DNA of 32,000 bases from Candidatus Nanopusillus sp. (GTDB taxonomy: Archaea > Nanobdellota > Nanobdellia > Nanobdellales > Nanobdellaceae). Position 1 is the stretch's first letter. Every line of letters starts with the position of its first letter. This document shows, piece by piece, positions 6,884 through 15,982 of the stretch. Below the pieces are notes generated by a model. That model did not search any database. It was not told the DNA's origin and worked only from the letters and a program-made list of their open reading frames with translations. The stretch covers positions 6,458 to 38,457 of the forward strand of contig JBMSAQ010000006.1 of the NCBI GenBank assembly GCA_049414405.1, written 5' to 3'. The translations under genes and the position numbers were made by a program.

Positions 6884-8484
6884 TATACTCCAATATTTAA
6901 TAATGCACTTAACCATATCATAATTGTTGCATCTAAGAACATTCCTAGTTTAGATCCCCCATCTATGTTTTTTATTATTCCAGCTAATATAAATGCCTCA
7001 ATAATAGATAAAATAAATATATAATTCTGTATCACATATAGAGGTATTGAAAATGTATATATATTTATGCCTATTTGAGATACTGCAGTACCAAGTGCTG
7101 TGGATATACCTTGAAACATTTGATCTAATAAATATAATATTTGAACAATTATGAATAGAATTGCTATAAATGCTATATATGTTCCATATATAATACCCCT
7201 TAAATTAGATATAAATTGAGATTTTCTTGATCTAAGTTCAATTATTTTTATTAATATATTATATAACATATCACCAGCTTTTTTTGTATCCCCATTATAT
7301 GATAAAACCTTTTCAAATACTTTTATTATTTTTTCTGTAATTGAACTACCCAATTCAATTATGAAATGTCTCCATGATTCAGAATAATTTTTTGTTATAT
7401 TCATTCTTTTCCTTAACCTATGAATATCTTCATTTAATAAACCAAAATCATGTATGACGACATTATCTAATATTTTTGTTTGATTGTTTCCAAATATTTC
7501 CGAGTATTCTATTATACTGCTAAAGAATGCTGGGAAATGATTTTCTTTTATTTTTAATGCTCTTTCTAATAATATCATCCTATAGCTTACATATGCTAAT
7601 GGAGTGACTGCTATTGCGAATGCCTCCAACAATTGTAATTTTAATATTAGAAATAGTATTAAGAATAATATATAGGATATTAGTAACAAAAGATAAAATA
7701 AATATCTTATTGTTACATATTCTTTTGGTTTTTCTTTTGAACGAGACCATAGTCCATCATCAGGAATGTAATATTTTGATACGTAATATATAAGTAAATT
7801 AGTTACAACAAATATTATAAAGAAATTTATTAGCAAGAATATTATATTTGTGCTTATTAAAAATGGTATAAATAATATTAAAGAAAATGCAAATCCTAAA
7901 GATGATAATAAAGATATTATAAATTCATCTAATAATCTTATATTTTCTAAACCTTTTTCATAATTTGCTTCATATATTGCCAATTGGGTTTCATATTCCT
8001 TATATAAAAATTCTGAAATTTCCTCACCAATATCAATTGAAGTTGCAAATCTCTCTAGAAAACTCTTAAAATTACTATTTGGAATATATGGTAGGGTATA
8101 TCTTATAGCTTCTGGAATTGTATAATTATACTTATTTGTTAAATAAAGGATCTTTGACATGTAGTAGTTTATATCCTTAAATTCTGCTTTTTCTTCGATT
8201 GCAATTTCTAATAATCTTCTAGTATTATTTGTAGAAAATGAAAGAGAATATAAATATGCTATATAATATAACAAAGATCTATCTAAAGACTTTTTTGTTT
8301 TATAATATTCTAGAAATATAACTTCTAATGAAAAAATAATTGCAGATAAATATAAAACTGGATAGTATATTTTTAATACCGGTAGATAATAACCTATTAC
8401 AATTATTAATGTAATTATTATACTGAATATTATGGTAATTTTTCTAAGGCTCTTTTTAATGATATCGTTAATAAGTTCATACAT
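6835..8484 (-). CDS. Polytopic membrane protein of the FlaJ/ArlJ/TadC (type II secretion F-like) platform family, with no ATPase gene beside it
   Basis: 549 aa. Two cytoplasmic helical domains are each followed by TM clusters. The first runs LLYYIAYLYSLSFSTNN...ISEFLYKEYETQLAIYEANYEKGLENIRLLDEF. The second runs HFPAFFSSIIEYSEIFGNNQTKILDNV...ILIKIIELRSRKSQFISNLRG. This is the usual FlaJ/TadC architecture. Confidence 0.6.
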   Translation of the reverse strand: MYELINDIIKKSLRKITIIFSIIITLIIVIGYYLPVLKIYYPVLYLSAIIFSLEVIFLEYYKTKKSLDRSLLYYIAYLYSLSFSTNNTRRLLEIAIEEKAEFKDINYYMSKILYLTNKYNYTIPEAIRYTLPYIPNSNFKSFLERFATSIDIGEEISEFLYKEYETQLAIYEANYEKGLENIRLLDEFIISLLSSLGFAFSLILFIPFLISTNIIFLLINFFIIFVVTNLLIYYVSKYYIPDDGLWSRSKEKPKEYVTIRYLFYLLLLISYILFLILFLILKLQLLEAFAIAVTPLAYVSYRMILLERALKIKENHFPAFFSSIIEYSEIFGNNQTKILDNVVIHDFGLLNEDIHRLRKRMNITKNYSESWRHFIIELGSSITEKIIKVFEKVLSYNGDTKKAGDMLYNILIKIIELRSRKSQFISNLRGIIYGTYIAFIAILFIIVQILYLLDQMFQGISTALGTAVSQIGINIYTFSIPLYVIQNYIFILSIIEAFILAGIIKNIDGGSKLGMFLDATIMIWLSALLNIGVYYLFTYVFSGLSLVKV

Positions 8485-8506
8485 ATTTTAATAGTCAATG
8501 TGGGTT

Positions 8507-8524
8507 ATTATAAAGATTTAAATA
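8507..8524. promoter_or_regulatory. Back-to-back divergent TATA-like boxes for the FlaJ-like gene (minus) and uL4 (plus)
   Basis: The plus-strand TTTAAATA (8517-8524) lies 31 nt before the ATG at 8548. The minus-strand TTTATAAT (8514-8507) lies 30 nt before the ATG at 8484. Confidence 0.4.
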
Positions 8525-8547
8525 TGTTTTATATATAAAATATAGCC

Positions 8548-9375
8548 ATGGAAAATATGATATCTGTTTATGATAAGGAAGGTAATAGAATAAAAGAAAT
8601 AGAATTGCCAGAACATTTTAAATTCGAAATAAGAGAAGATATAGTATACAAAGTATTTAGAGCATATATGTTAAGTCATAGGGTACCACATGGTTCATAT
8701 AAGTATGCGGGTATGGAAGCTTCTGCATGGACATCAAAGAGAAGGTATTCATATAGATCATCATATAAGAGAGGTATATCAAGAGTCCCGAGATCCGTGT
8801 TTGCAAAAATTGCTGGTAATTTTATATGGGTAGCTAGAGTAATACCAAATGCTGTAAAAGGAAGAAGAGCACATCCACCAAAACCTGAAAAAAATTGGTA
8901 TAGAAAAATAAACAAAAAAGAAAAAAGGTTAGCAATATTGTCTGCAATTTCTGCATCTTCAAATATAGATTATATAAAAAACAGATATACAAAGTCCTTT
9001 ATTTATTTAAGTGAATCAATTAATACTTTTGGTTTACCAATTGTTATATCAAATTTAGAAGAATTAAGGAAAGCAAAGGAATATAGAAAATTATTTAATA
9101 AATTGAAAATAGAAAAATTTATTGAATATGTAAAAGAGAACAAAAAACAAAGGGCTGGAAAAGGAAAAATGAGAAATAGAAGAATAAAAAAATATAGAGG
9201 AATTTTGTTTGTATTATCGTCAGATTCTGAATTACCGAAGGTTTCTATTGATGGTGTAGAATTTTCAAAGGTAAGTCAATTAAATATAGAAAAATTGGCT
9301 CCTGGTGGTAAATTGGGTAGATTTATTATTTGGAGTGAAAAGGCAATAGAAAATTTAAGAAATTTATATATATGA
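8548..9375 (+). CDS. rpl4: 50S ribosomal protein uL4 (L4)
   Basis: 275 aa. The run YDKEGNRIKEIELPEHF...RVPHGSYKYAGMEASAWTSKRR...RAHPPKPEK is the typical archaeal L4 signature. It lies upstream of L23 and L2 as in the conserved cluster. Confidence 0.9.
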   Translation: MENMISVYDKEGNRIKEIELPEHFKFEIREDIVYKVFRAYMLSHRVPHGSYKYAGMEASAWTSKRRYSYRSSYKRGISRVPRSVFAKIAGNFIWVARVIPNAVKGRRAHPPKPEKNWYRKINKKEKRLAILSAISASSNIDYIKNRYTKSFIYLSESINTFGLPIVISNLEELRKAKEYRKLFNKLKIEKFIEYVKENKKQRAGKGKMRNRRIKKYRGILFVLSSDSELPKVSIDGVEFSKVSQLNIEKLAPGGKLGRFIIWSEKAIENLRNLYI

Positions 9376-9384
9376 AATTATAAG

Positions 9385-9645
9385 ATGGATATAAAAGATG
9401 TCATACTTTATGCTGAATTAACAGAAAAAGGTATGTACTTGCTTGATAAATACAATAAAGTTATTTTTATCGTAAATAGATCTGCTACAAAAAAAGATAT
9501 AAAGGAAGCTGTTGAAAAATTATTTAATGTTAAAGTAAAGAAGGTAAATACTTTGGTAGATTATAAAGGAAAAAAGAAGGCATATGTTACATTAGAAAAA
9601 GAATATAAGGCTCAAGACGTATTATCTAAATTAGGATTAATATAA
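9385..9645 (+). CDS. rpl23: 50S ribosomal protein uL23 (L23)
   Basis: 86 aa. The sequence is L23-like (TEKGMYLLDKYNKVIFIVNRSATKKDIKEAVEKLFNVKVKKVNTL) and sits between L4 and L2. Confidence 0.9.
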   Translation: MDIKDVILYAELTEKGMYLLDKYNKVIFIVNRSATKKDIKEAVEKLFNVKVKKVNTLVDYKGKKKAYVTLEKEYKAQDVLSKLGLI

Positions 9646-9646
9646 A

Positions 9647-10378
9647 ATGGGTGGAAATACATTATTACAGCAAAGGTTAGGTAAGGGAAAGAATATATAT
9701 AAAGTTCCAGATTTTTATTCGATAGGCAAATTTTCTTTAAGACCTCTAGATGAAAAAGAAATGAAAGATAAAGTAAAAGGTGTTGTTGTAGATATAATAA
9801 AAGATAAAGTTCATTACGCTCCAATTGTTAAAATAAAATTTGAAACTGGAGAAGCAATTTTGGTTCCTGCTGTTGAGGGTTTATATGTTGGGAAAGAAAT
9901 TTATGCTGGTGTAAATGCTCCAGTAGAGAATGGAAATATTTTACCATTAAAAGTCATTCCAGATGGTTCAAATGTTTGTATGGTAGAAATTTCTCCAGGA
10001 GATGGGGGAAAAATTGCAAGAACCTCGGGAACATCATGTATATTAGTTCAAAAAACAGATAAGTATGCAATATTAAAATTACCATCTGGAAAAATAAAAA
10101 TGGTTAATTTATATTCTAGGGCAATATTGGGAACAGTTGCAGGGGGTGGGAGGACAGATAAACCATTTATTAAAGCTGGAAACAAATATTATTTCAAAAG
10201 AGCGCATCATAGAAAATGGCCAATTAGTAAGCCAACTGCAAGAAATGCTGCCGATCATCCATTTGGAGGTAAACATAAAAGAAATAAAGGTGGAATGACT
10301 CCACTACCTAAACATGGATATCCAATAAAGTATGGTAAATACGGCTCAAGAAGAACTGGAAGAAAGAAAGCTATATAA
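9647..10378 (+). CDS. rpl2: 50S ribosomal protein uL2 (L2)
   Basis: 243 aa. Conserved L2 blocks are present: GDGGKIARTSGTSCILV, GTVAGGGRTDKPF and ARNAADHPFGGKH. Confidence 0.95.
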   Translation: MGGNTLLQQRLGKGKNIYKVPDFYSIGKFSLRPLDEKEMKDKVKGVVVDIIKDKVHYAPIVKIKFETGEAILVPAVEGLYVGKEIYAGVNAPVENGNILPLKVIPDGSNVCMVEISPGDGGKIARTSGTSCILVQKTDKYAILKLPSGKIKMVNLYSRAILGTVAGGGRTDKPFIKAGNKYYFKRAHHRKWPISKPTARNAADHPFGGKHKRNKGGMTPLPKHGYPIKYGKYGSRRTGRKKAI

Positions 10379-10379
10379 A

Positions 10380-11003
10380 ATGGCACAGGAAAACATTTGG
10401 TTGGTTAGTTTAGAAGAATATATAAAGGCGGGTGTTCATATAGGTACAAGAATAAAGAACAAACAAATGAAAAAGTTTATAGCTAGAATAAGATCCGATG
10501 GGTTGGCTATTATAGATGTAATAAAATTAGACGAAAGATTAAGGTTATCAACGAAATTGTTATCAAAATATGAGCCACATCAAATATTGGCAGTTGGTAG
10601 AAGAGAGGCTGCGAGAAAACCATTACAAATGTTAAATAAATATACGGGAATAAATGTTTATCCAAAGAGATATCCTCCTGGATTATTAACAAACCCGGCT
10701 TTAGATATATTTAAAGATGTAGATGTTGTTATAATAACAGATCCTGTACTTGATAGAAATGCATTATTGGATGCATACAGAACTGGAAAGGTGACAATTG
10801 CATTCGTTGATACAAATAATTCTTTAAACTATATAGACATTGCTATACCAGCAAATAATAGAGGAGCAAAATCTTTAGCTTTATTATATTATATTATTGC
10901 TAGAGAATATTTAAGAAATAGAGGACTATTGTCTAAAAAAGGAGAACTTCCAATCTCCCATGAAGAATTTATGGAAAAAGGTTTGGAAGAGGAAGAAGAA
11001 TAA
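10380..11003 (+). CDS. rps2: 30S ribosomal protein uS2 (S2/SA)
   Basis: I take the start at the ATG at 10380, 1 nt after the L2 stop. The sequence MAQENIWLVSLEEYIKAGVHIGTRIKNKQMKKFI...GLAIIDV...AIPANNRGAKSLALLYYIIAREYL, with an acidic C-terminal tail, is typical of archaeal S2. The track start at 10332 would overlap L2 and adds non-homologous residues. Confidence 0.9.
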   Translation: MAQENIWLVSLEEYIKAGVHIGTRIKNKQMKKFIARIRSDGLAIIDVIKLDERLRLSTKLLSKYEPHQILAVGRREAARKPLQMLNKYTGINVYPKRYPPGLLTNPALDIFKDVDVVIITDPVLDRNALLDAYRTGKVTIAFVDTNNSLNYIDIAIPANNRGAKSLALLYYIIAREYLRNRGLLSKKGELPISHEEFMEKGLEEEEE

Positions 11004-11034
11004 TTTTATATATTAAAAAATTTTATAATATTAT

Positions 11035-11430
11035 ATGGCATTTGATTTTATAAAAAATGTATTTGGAAAAAAGAAAGATGAAGATTATGATATAAATCAG
11101 CAAGGAGATTTTATGAATTATCCACCAGGAGGACCAGGAAATTATCCTTCAGGTCCATATCCAAATGACCCGTTTCCACCACCATATCCACCACCAGTTC
11201 AAAATCAAAATGTATTTCAGCAAAATCAATTTCCGGGACAATTAAATCCTCAAGCATATTTATCAAATTTCTCTCAGAATTATGGATATACAAATCAATA
11301 TACAAATCAAGTCGATTATAATGCTATACAAATATTAAGTACAAAGTTAGATACAATTGCGACAAAACTGGATAATATAATTGCTCTATTAAATAATTTA
11401 CTCCACTATTTTCAATATTATAGGCGTTAA
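11035..11430 (+). CDS. Hypothetical protein with a P/Q/N/Y-rich low-complexity core and a C-terminal amphipathic helix
   Basis: 131 aa. The N-terminus is basic (MAFDFIKNVFGKKKDED). The core is NYPPGGPGNYPSGPYPNDPFPPPYPPPVQNQNVFQQNQFPGQLNPQ...YGYTNQYTNQ. The tail is helical (ILSTKLDTIATKLDNIIALLNNLL). A TATA-like TTTTATAT (11004-11011) lies 31 nt upstream of the ATG. Confidence 0.6.
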   Translation: MAFDFIKNVFGKKKDEDYDINQQGDFMNYPPGGPGNYPSGPYPNDPFPPPYPPPVQNQNVFQQNQFPGQLNPQAYLSNFSQNYGYTNQYTNQVDYNAIQILSTKLDTIATKLDNIIALLNNLLHYFQYYRR

Positions 11431-12182
11431 TGAATTTTTATCAAAATTTTTATCAATATTTTATACATCCTGTAGTAGAATATCAATATAGATATAATAT
11501 ATATAATACATTTTTATATGGGTTATTATTTGTTATTGGTTTTATCATTTTTTATTATCTTTTCGTAAAAAATAAGAAAGTAATTATCGATAGATATTTT
11601 TTATTAAATCTAATTATTTTGACTTTAATATTTATTATTCCAAGAGTAAACATGGATTTAGGTTATACAGTAAGAACATATCTATTACTTACACCTTTGT
11701 TAGAATTATGGATTTTAATATCTTTTTTACCAGTTCTTTTTTTATATAAATATAGAAAGTATTACTTATACATATTATTGATAATTTTAATATTGGAGAT
11801 TCCAATTTTTATTTTTGGAAGATCAATAAATTTATTACCATTTTTAATATTCGTTATATTGTTTTCTATTTTAATTTATTTATCATATAAAGAAAAATTA
11901 TTTTATTTATCAATCTTTGGTGAAATATATGAGACTATTTTTTCGATTATTTCTATATATTATTTTAATTTACAATCAGAACATCTGCTATTAAACATTC
12001 TTATTTTTCAATATAACAATCCTTTATTATTTTATGGATTAAAATTATCTTTAACATTATTCATTGCACTATATACAAAATATTATTTAAATGATGATAT
12101 AAAAAATGTAATATATACGATGATATTTTATTTAGGGTTTTTACCAGGTTTAAGAGCTAGTCTTATAGATATATTATTATGA
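11430..12182 (+). CDS. Polytopic membrane protein (about 7 TM helices), family not firmly recognised (possibly DUF63-like)
   Basis: 250 aa and strongly hydrophobic throughout. The start shares one nucleotide with the preceding stop (TAATG). The stop overlaps the RIO kinase start (ATGA). Confidence 0.55.
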   Translation: MNFYQNFYQYFIHPVVEYQYRYNIYNTFLYGLLFVIGFIIFYYLFVKNKKVIIDRYFLLNLIILTLIFIIPRVNMDLGYTVRTYLLLTPLLELWILISFLPVLFLYKYRKYYLYILLIILILEIPIFIFGRSINLLPFLIFVILFSILIYLSYKEKLFYLSIFGEIYETIFSIISIYYFNLQSEHLLLNILIFQYNNPLLFYGLKLSLTLFIALYTKYYLNDDIKNVIYTMIFYLGFLPGLRASLIDILL

Positions 12183-12871
12183 AGTATAGAGAAATATGGA
12201 AAGTGTATGGAAAAGTATTTGATAAAAATACATTATACTATTTGGATAAATTATATAGAGATCATTATATAAAAGATGAGTTAACGTTAATCTCTGAAGG
12301 TAAGGAAGCAATTGTTGTAAGATCTGGAAAATTTGCAATAAAGATATATAAAGTAATGTCAATAAGCTATAAAGAACAAGTAAATTATTTAAAGACAGAT
12401 CCTAGAATACATAATTTTCCAAGAACAAAGATTGGAATAATATATACATGGGTAAAAAAGGAATATATAAACCTAAGAAAAATGTACAAAAATTTAGTGA
12501 GAGTTCCAATTCCATACTTATATAAAGGAAATATATTGGTAATGGAATATGTAGGTTATGAAAATAGACCATTACTATTACATGATTGTTATGATTTAAT
12601 TGAAAATAAGGAAGAATTATTTTTTGATATATTAGATCAATATAAAAAAATATATAATAAGGCCAAATTAATTCATGGAGATTTTTCAGAATATAACATA
12701 ATTATATTTAACAATATTCCATATATAATAGATGTGTCGCAAGCAATACCAGTTAATTCTCAATATTATGAAGAATTTCTCAATAGAGATTTAAATAATA
12801 TACTAAATATATCTAAAAAATTGAATTTAAATTATGATATGAAGTATGTAACTGAATATATTGGTATTTAA
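12179..12871 (+). CDS. RIO-type serine/threonine protein kinase (Rio1-like, no N-terminal wHTH)
   Basis: 230 aa. Motifs seen: ISEGKEAIVV...FAIKIYKV (ATP-binding Lys), catalytic loop LIHGDFSEYNIII, and the metal-binding IIDVSQAI. Confidence 0.85.
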   Translation: MKYREIWKVYGKVFDKNTLYYLDKLYRDHYIKDELTLISEGKEAIVVRSGKFAIKIYKVMSISYKEQVNYLKTDPRIHNFPRTKIGIIYTWVKKEYINLRKMYKNLVRVPIPYLYKGNILVMEYVGYENRPLLLHDCYDLIENKEELFFDILDQYKKIYNKAKLIHGDFSEYNIIIFNNIPYIIDVSQAIPVNSQYYEEFLNRDLNNILNISKKLNLNYDMKYVTEYIGI

Positions 12872-12875
12872 AAAT
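12868..12875 (+). promoter_or_regulatory. TATA-like box of aRF1
   Basis: TTTAAAAA lies 28 nt upstream of the ATG at 12896 and overlaps the end of the RIO kinase gene. Confidence 0.4.
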
Positions 12876-12895
12876 TATCTTTAATTTTCTATATA

Positions 12896-13978
12896 ATGGA
12901 TGTTAAAGAACTTGAATTACAAATGTTAATAGAAGAATTAAGTAATTATAATGGCAGGGCTACAGAACTAATTTCATATTATATACCGGCCGGATATGAC
13001 TTAGCTAAGATTTTAGACCATTTAAATTATGAATATTCAACTGCTCAAAATATTAAGGATAAGAATACTAGGCAACATGTGATGGATGCATTGGCAAAAA
13101 TAATAAATTATCTGAAAGGGTTAAAAAAACTTCCAGACAATGGTCTAGTAGTATTTTGTGGAAATATATCAAACAGACCTGGAGAAGTCGATATAAGATT
13201 ATGGGCAATAGAACCTCCAGATAAATTAAACATTAGATTATATAGATGTGACTCTAGGTTTGTATTAGACCCGTTAAAAGAATTAATATTACCAAAGCAA
13301 ATATATGGGTTAATAGTTTTAGATAGAGGAGAAGCTTCTATAGGAGTATTAAAAGGCAATCAATTGATAGTATTAGAAAATAAGCAATCATGGGTTCCTG
13401 GTAAAATAAGGGCTGGAGGACAATCTTCTGTAAGATTCCAAAGATTAATAGAACAAGATGTTCATTTATGGTTAAAATATTTAGCAGATGAAGTTAGAAA
13501 TTATTTTGAAAAAGATTTAGATAAATTGGTTGGTATACTGGTTGGAGGGCCGGGATTACTTAAAGAACAATTTGTTAATGGTGATTATTTACCATATCAT
13601 CTTAAACAAAAAATTTTGGCTGTATATGATACGGCATATTCAAATGAACACGGGTTAAAAGAATTATTAGAAAGGGCAAAAGATGTATTAAAAAAAACAG
13701 AATATGTAAGGGAAATAGAATTAACAAAATTATTTTTTGAACATCTTGGAAAAGGTACTGGTTTAGTAATTTATGGATTTGATGATGTAAAAAGAGCATT
13801 AGAAATTGGCGCAGTAGATACAATACTAATATCAGAAGATTATAAAGATAAGACTAAAGAATTATTTGAATTAATTGAACAAACAAATGCAAAAGTTGAA
13901 ATAATATCAAAAAATCATCCTGAAGGGGAACAATTTTCAAACTTTAAAATAGGTGCAATATTAAGATTTAAGATATGA
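12896..13978 (+). CDS. prf1: Peptide chain release factor aRF1
   Basis: 360 aa. Motifs seen: the GGQ motif (KIRAGGQSSVRFQR), YxCxxxF (LYRCDSRF), and the NIKS-loop position, which reads TAQNIKDKNTRQ. Confidence 0.95.
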   Translation: MDVKELELQMLIEELSNYNGRATELISYYIPAGYDLAKILDHLNYEYSTAQNIKDKNTRQHVMDALAKIINYLKGLKKLPDNGLVVFCGNISNRPGEVDIRLWAIEPPDKLNIRLYRCDSRFVLDPLKELILPKQIYGLIVLDRGEASIGVLKGNQLIVLENKQSWVPGKIRAGGQSSVRFQRLIEQDVHLWLKYLADEVRNYFEKDLDKLVGILVGGPGLLKEQFVNGDYLPYHLKQKILAVYDTAYSNEHGLKELLERAKDVLKKTEYVREIELTKLFFEHLGKGTGLVIYGFDDVKRALEIGAVDTILISEDYKDKTKELFELIEQTNAKVEIISKNHPEGEQFSNFKIGAILRFKI

Positions 13979-15255
13979 TAGATTATAACAAAATATTATC
14001 TAAAATAAAACCATCTGAGGAAGAAAAAAAGAGAGTATATAATATAATAAATGAGTTTTTTGATATATTAAGATCAAATAATTTAGAGCCGTTCTTAGGG
14101 GGATCATTTGCAAAAGATACATGGATAAAAAATGATTTTGATGTAGATGCATTCTTATTATTTAAAGATGATAAGAATATATCTGATATTGTTGAAAATA
14201 TCTTAAAGAAAGAAAATTTAAACTATATAAGAATAAAGGGTTCTAGAGATTATTTTAAAGTGGGTTATAAAGGTTTAATATTTGAATTAGTTCCAATATT
14301 GAAAATAAATGATATAAGAGAGGCTAAAAATATTACTGATCTTTCGCCATTTCATGTTAAATATATAATAAGTAAATTAAATGAAAAAATGAAAGATGAA
14401 ATTAGATTACTGAAAGTATTTACAAAGAATATAAATGTTTATGGTGCAGAATCTTATGTTAGAGGATTTTCTGGATATGCAATAGAATTAATATTAATAA
14501 ACTACGGATCTTTTGAAAATACTATAAAAAATGTATCCAATTGGAGACCAAAAGTAATAATAGATTTAGAAAAATATTATAAAAATTATGATGAGATAAA
14601 AAGAAATTTATCAAAAGATAAAATAAAATCTCCAATAATAATAATTGATCCAACTGATAAATACAGAAATGCTGCAGCTTCTGTTTCTTTACAGAAATTT
14701 TCAGAATTTATATATTATTCTAGATTATTTTTAATATCTGAAGATAAAGAAAAATTCTTTTTTAATAGAATATATAAGAATTATGATGAAATAAAGAAAT
14801 TAGCTGAAAAATACAATGTAAATATGATATATTTAAAGATGGAGGGAGATTCAAATAATAAAGATATAAAAAATAGTAAAGCTTTATCATTATTTAATAA
14901 TATTAAAAAATGGATAAATAATATTGGATTTAAAATTTTTAATTACTATTATTTTTTCGATGAAAATTATTTATATGGTTATATATTATATTATCCGGAT
15001 AAATTACCAGAATATGAAGTAAGAGAAGGTCCATTATTGTGGGAAGAAAAAAATTATAATAGATTTTATGAAAAACATAAGAATGAAGAATTAATAATTA
15101 GAAATGGAAAGATATATTCAATTACAAGGAGAAAAATAAATGATATATACAAAGCATTAGAATTTATAATCAATAACTATAAAAATAGTATTAGAAAGAA
15201 AGTAAAGTACTTATATATTAAGATAGGTGAAAAAGAAATTGAAATTAAATATTAG
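13975..15255 (+). CDS. cca: CCA-adding enzyme (archaeal class I tRNA nucleotidyltransferase)
   Basis: 426 aa. It has the class I nucleotidyltransferase motif GGSFAKDTWIKNDFDVDAFLLF plus PFHVKYI and GFSGYAIELIL blocks. The start overlaps the aRF1 stop (ATGA). Confidence 0.85.
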   Translation: MIDYNKILSKIKPSEEEKKRVYNIINEFFDILRSNNLEPFLGGSFAKDTWIKNDFDVDAFLLFKDDKNISDIVENILKKENLNYIRIKGSRDYFKVGYKGLIFELVPILKINDIREAKNITDLSPFHVKYIISKLNEKMKDEIRLLKVFTKNINVYGAESYVRGFSGYAIELILINYGSFENTIKNVSNWRPKVIIDLEKYYKNYDEIKRNLSKDKIKSPIIIIDPTDKYRNAAASVSLQKFSEFIYYSRLFLISEDKEKFFFNRIYKNYDEIKKLAEKYNVNMIYLKMEGDSNNKDIKNSKALSLFNNIKKWINNIGFKIFNYYYFFDENYLYGYILYYPDKLPEYEVREGPLLWEEKNYNRFYEKHKNEELIIRNGKIYSITRRKINDIYKALEFIINNYKNSIRKKVKYLYIKIGEKEIEIKY

Positions 15256-15262
15256 TTATATT

Positions 15263-15270
15263 TTTAAAAA
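15263..15270 (+). promoter_or_regulatory. TATA-like box of radB
   Basis: TTTAAAAA lies 27 nt upstream of the ATG at 15290. Confidence 0.4.
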
Positions 15271-15289
15271 ATAATGAAAAAATTTCTAT

Positions 15290-15982
15290 ATGAGTAAGAT
15301 TTCTACCGGAATATATCCAATAGATAAATTGTTAGATGGAGGTATCGAAACCGATATTATCACATCATTTTATGGACCTTCTGCATCAGGAAAAACAAAC
15401 ATTGCAGTAATAAGTTCTTATAATATTTCTAAATTTGGTAAAAAGGTAATATATATTGATACTGAAGGTGGCTTTTCTCTTGAAAGATTAAAACAGATTG
15501 CAAAAGAAGATCTTGAGAATGTAATAAAAAATATATTATTATACAAACCAGTAAATTTTTCTGAACAAAAAAAGGCAATATATTTAACATATGATTATGT
15601 AAAAAAGAACTCTAATGATGTTGGATTAATTGTTATAGATTCTATATCAATGTTATATAGATTAGAAAGGGGTGATAGCAATGTAAATGAAGTAAATATA
15701 GAACTTGCAAAACAATTACAGATATTTTCAGAAATTTCTAGAAAATATAATATACCAGTTTTGGTTATAAATCAAGTATATTCATTGTTTGATAATAGAG
15801 ATGCAATCGGAATTGTTGGAGGAGATTTAATAAAATATTGGTCAAAATGTTTGGTTGAATTGAAGATTTTAGATAATGGTATTAGAGAAGCAATATTAAG
15901 AAAGCATAGGTACTTACCAGAGGGAATATCTGTAAAATTTAGAATAGTAAATGATGGAATTATTGAATATAAGGAAATCTAA
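15290..15982 (+). CDS. radB: DNA repair and recombination protein RadB (short RecA/RadA paralog)
   Basis: 230 aa. Motifs seen: Walker A GPSASGKTN and Walker B-like LIVIDSIS. It lacks the N-terminal HhH domain of RadA, and its size is typical of RadB. Confidence 0.8.
   Translation: MSKISTGIYPIDKLLDGGIETDIITSFYGPSASGKTNIAVISSYNISKFGKKVIYIDTEGGFSLERLKQIAKEDLENVIKNILLYKPVNFSEQKKAIYLTYDYVKKNSNDVGLIVIDSISMLYRLERGDSNVNEVNIELAKQLQIFSEISRKYNIPVLVINQVYSLFDNRDAIGIVGGDLIKYWSKCLVELKILDNGIREAILRKHRYLPEGISVKFRIVNDGIIEYKEI

Noticed and set aside
10332-10379. Track start of the uS2 ORF at 10332 (MVNTAQEELEERKLYK...).
   Set aside because: It would overlap the uL2 C-terminus by 47 nt and add residues with no S2 homology. 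The ATG at 10380, 1 nt after the L2 stop, gives a canonical S2 N-terminus.
12896-13978. Possible stop-codon reassignment suggested by the NIKD variant in aRF1.
   Set aside because: TAA, TAG and TGA all terminate conserved genes at their expected C-termini within this window, so there is no evidence for an altered code.
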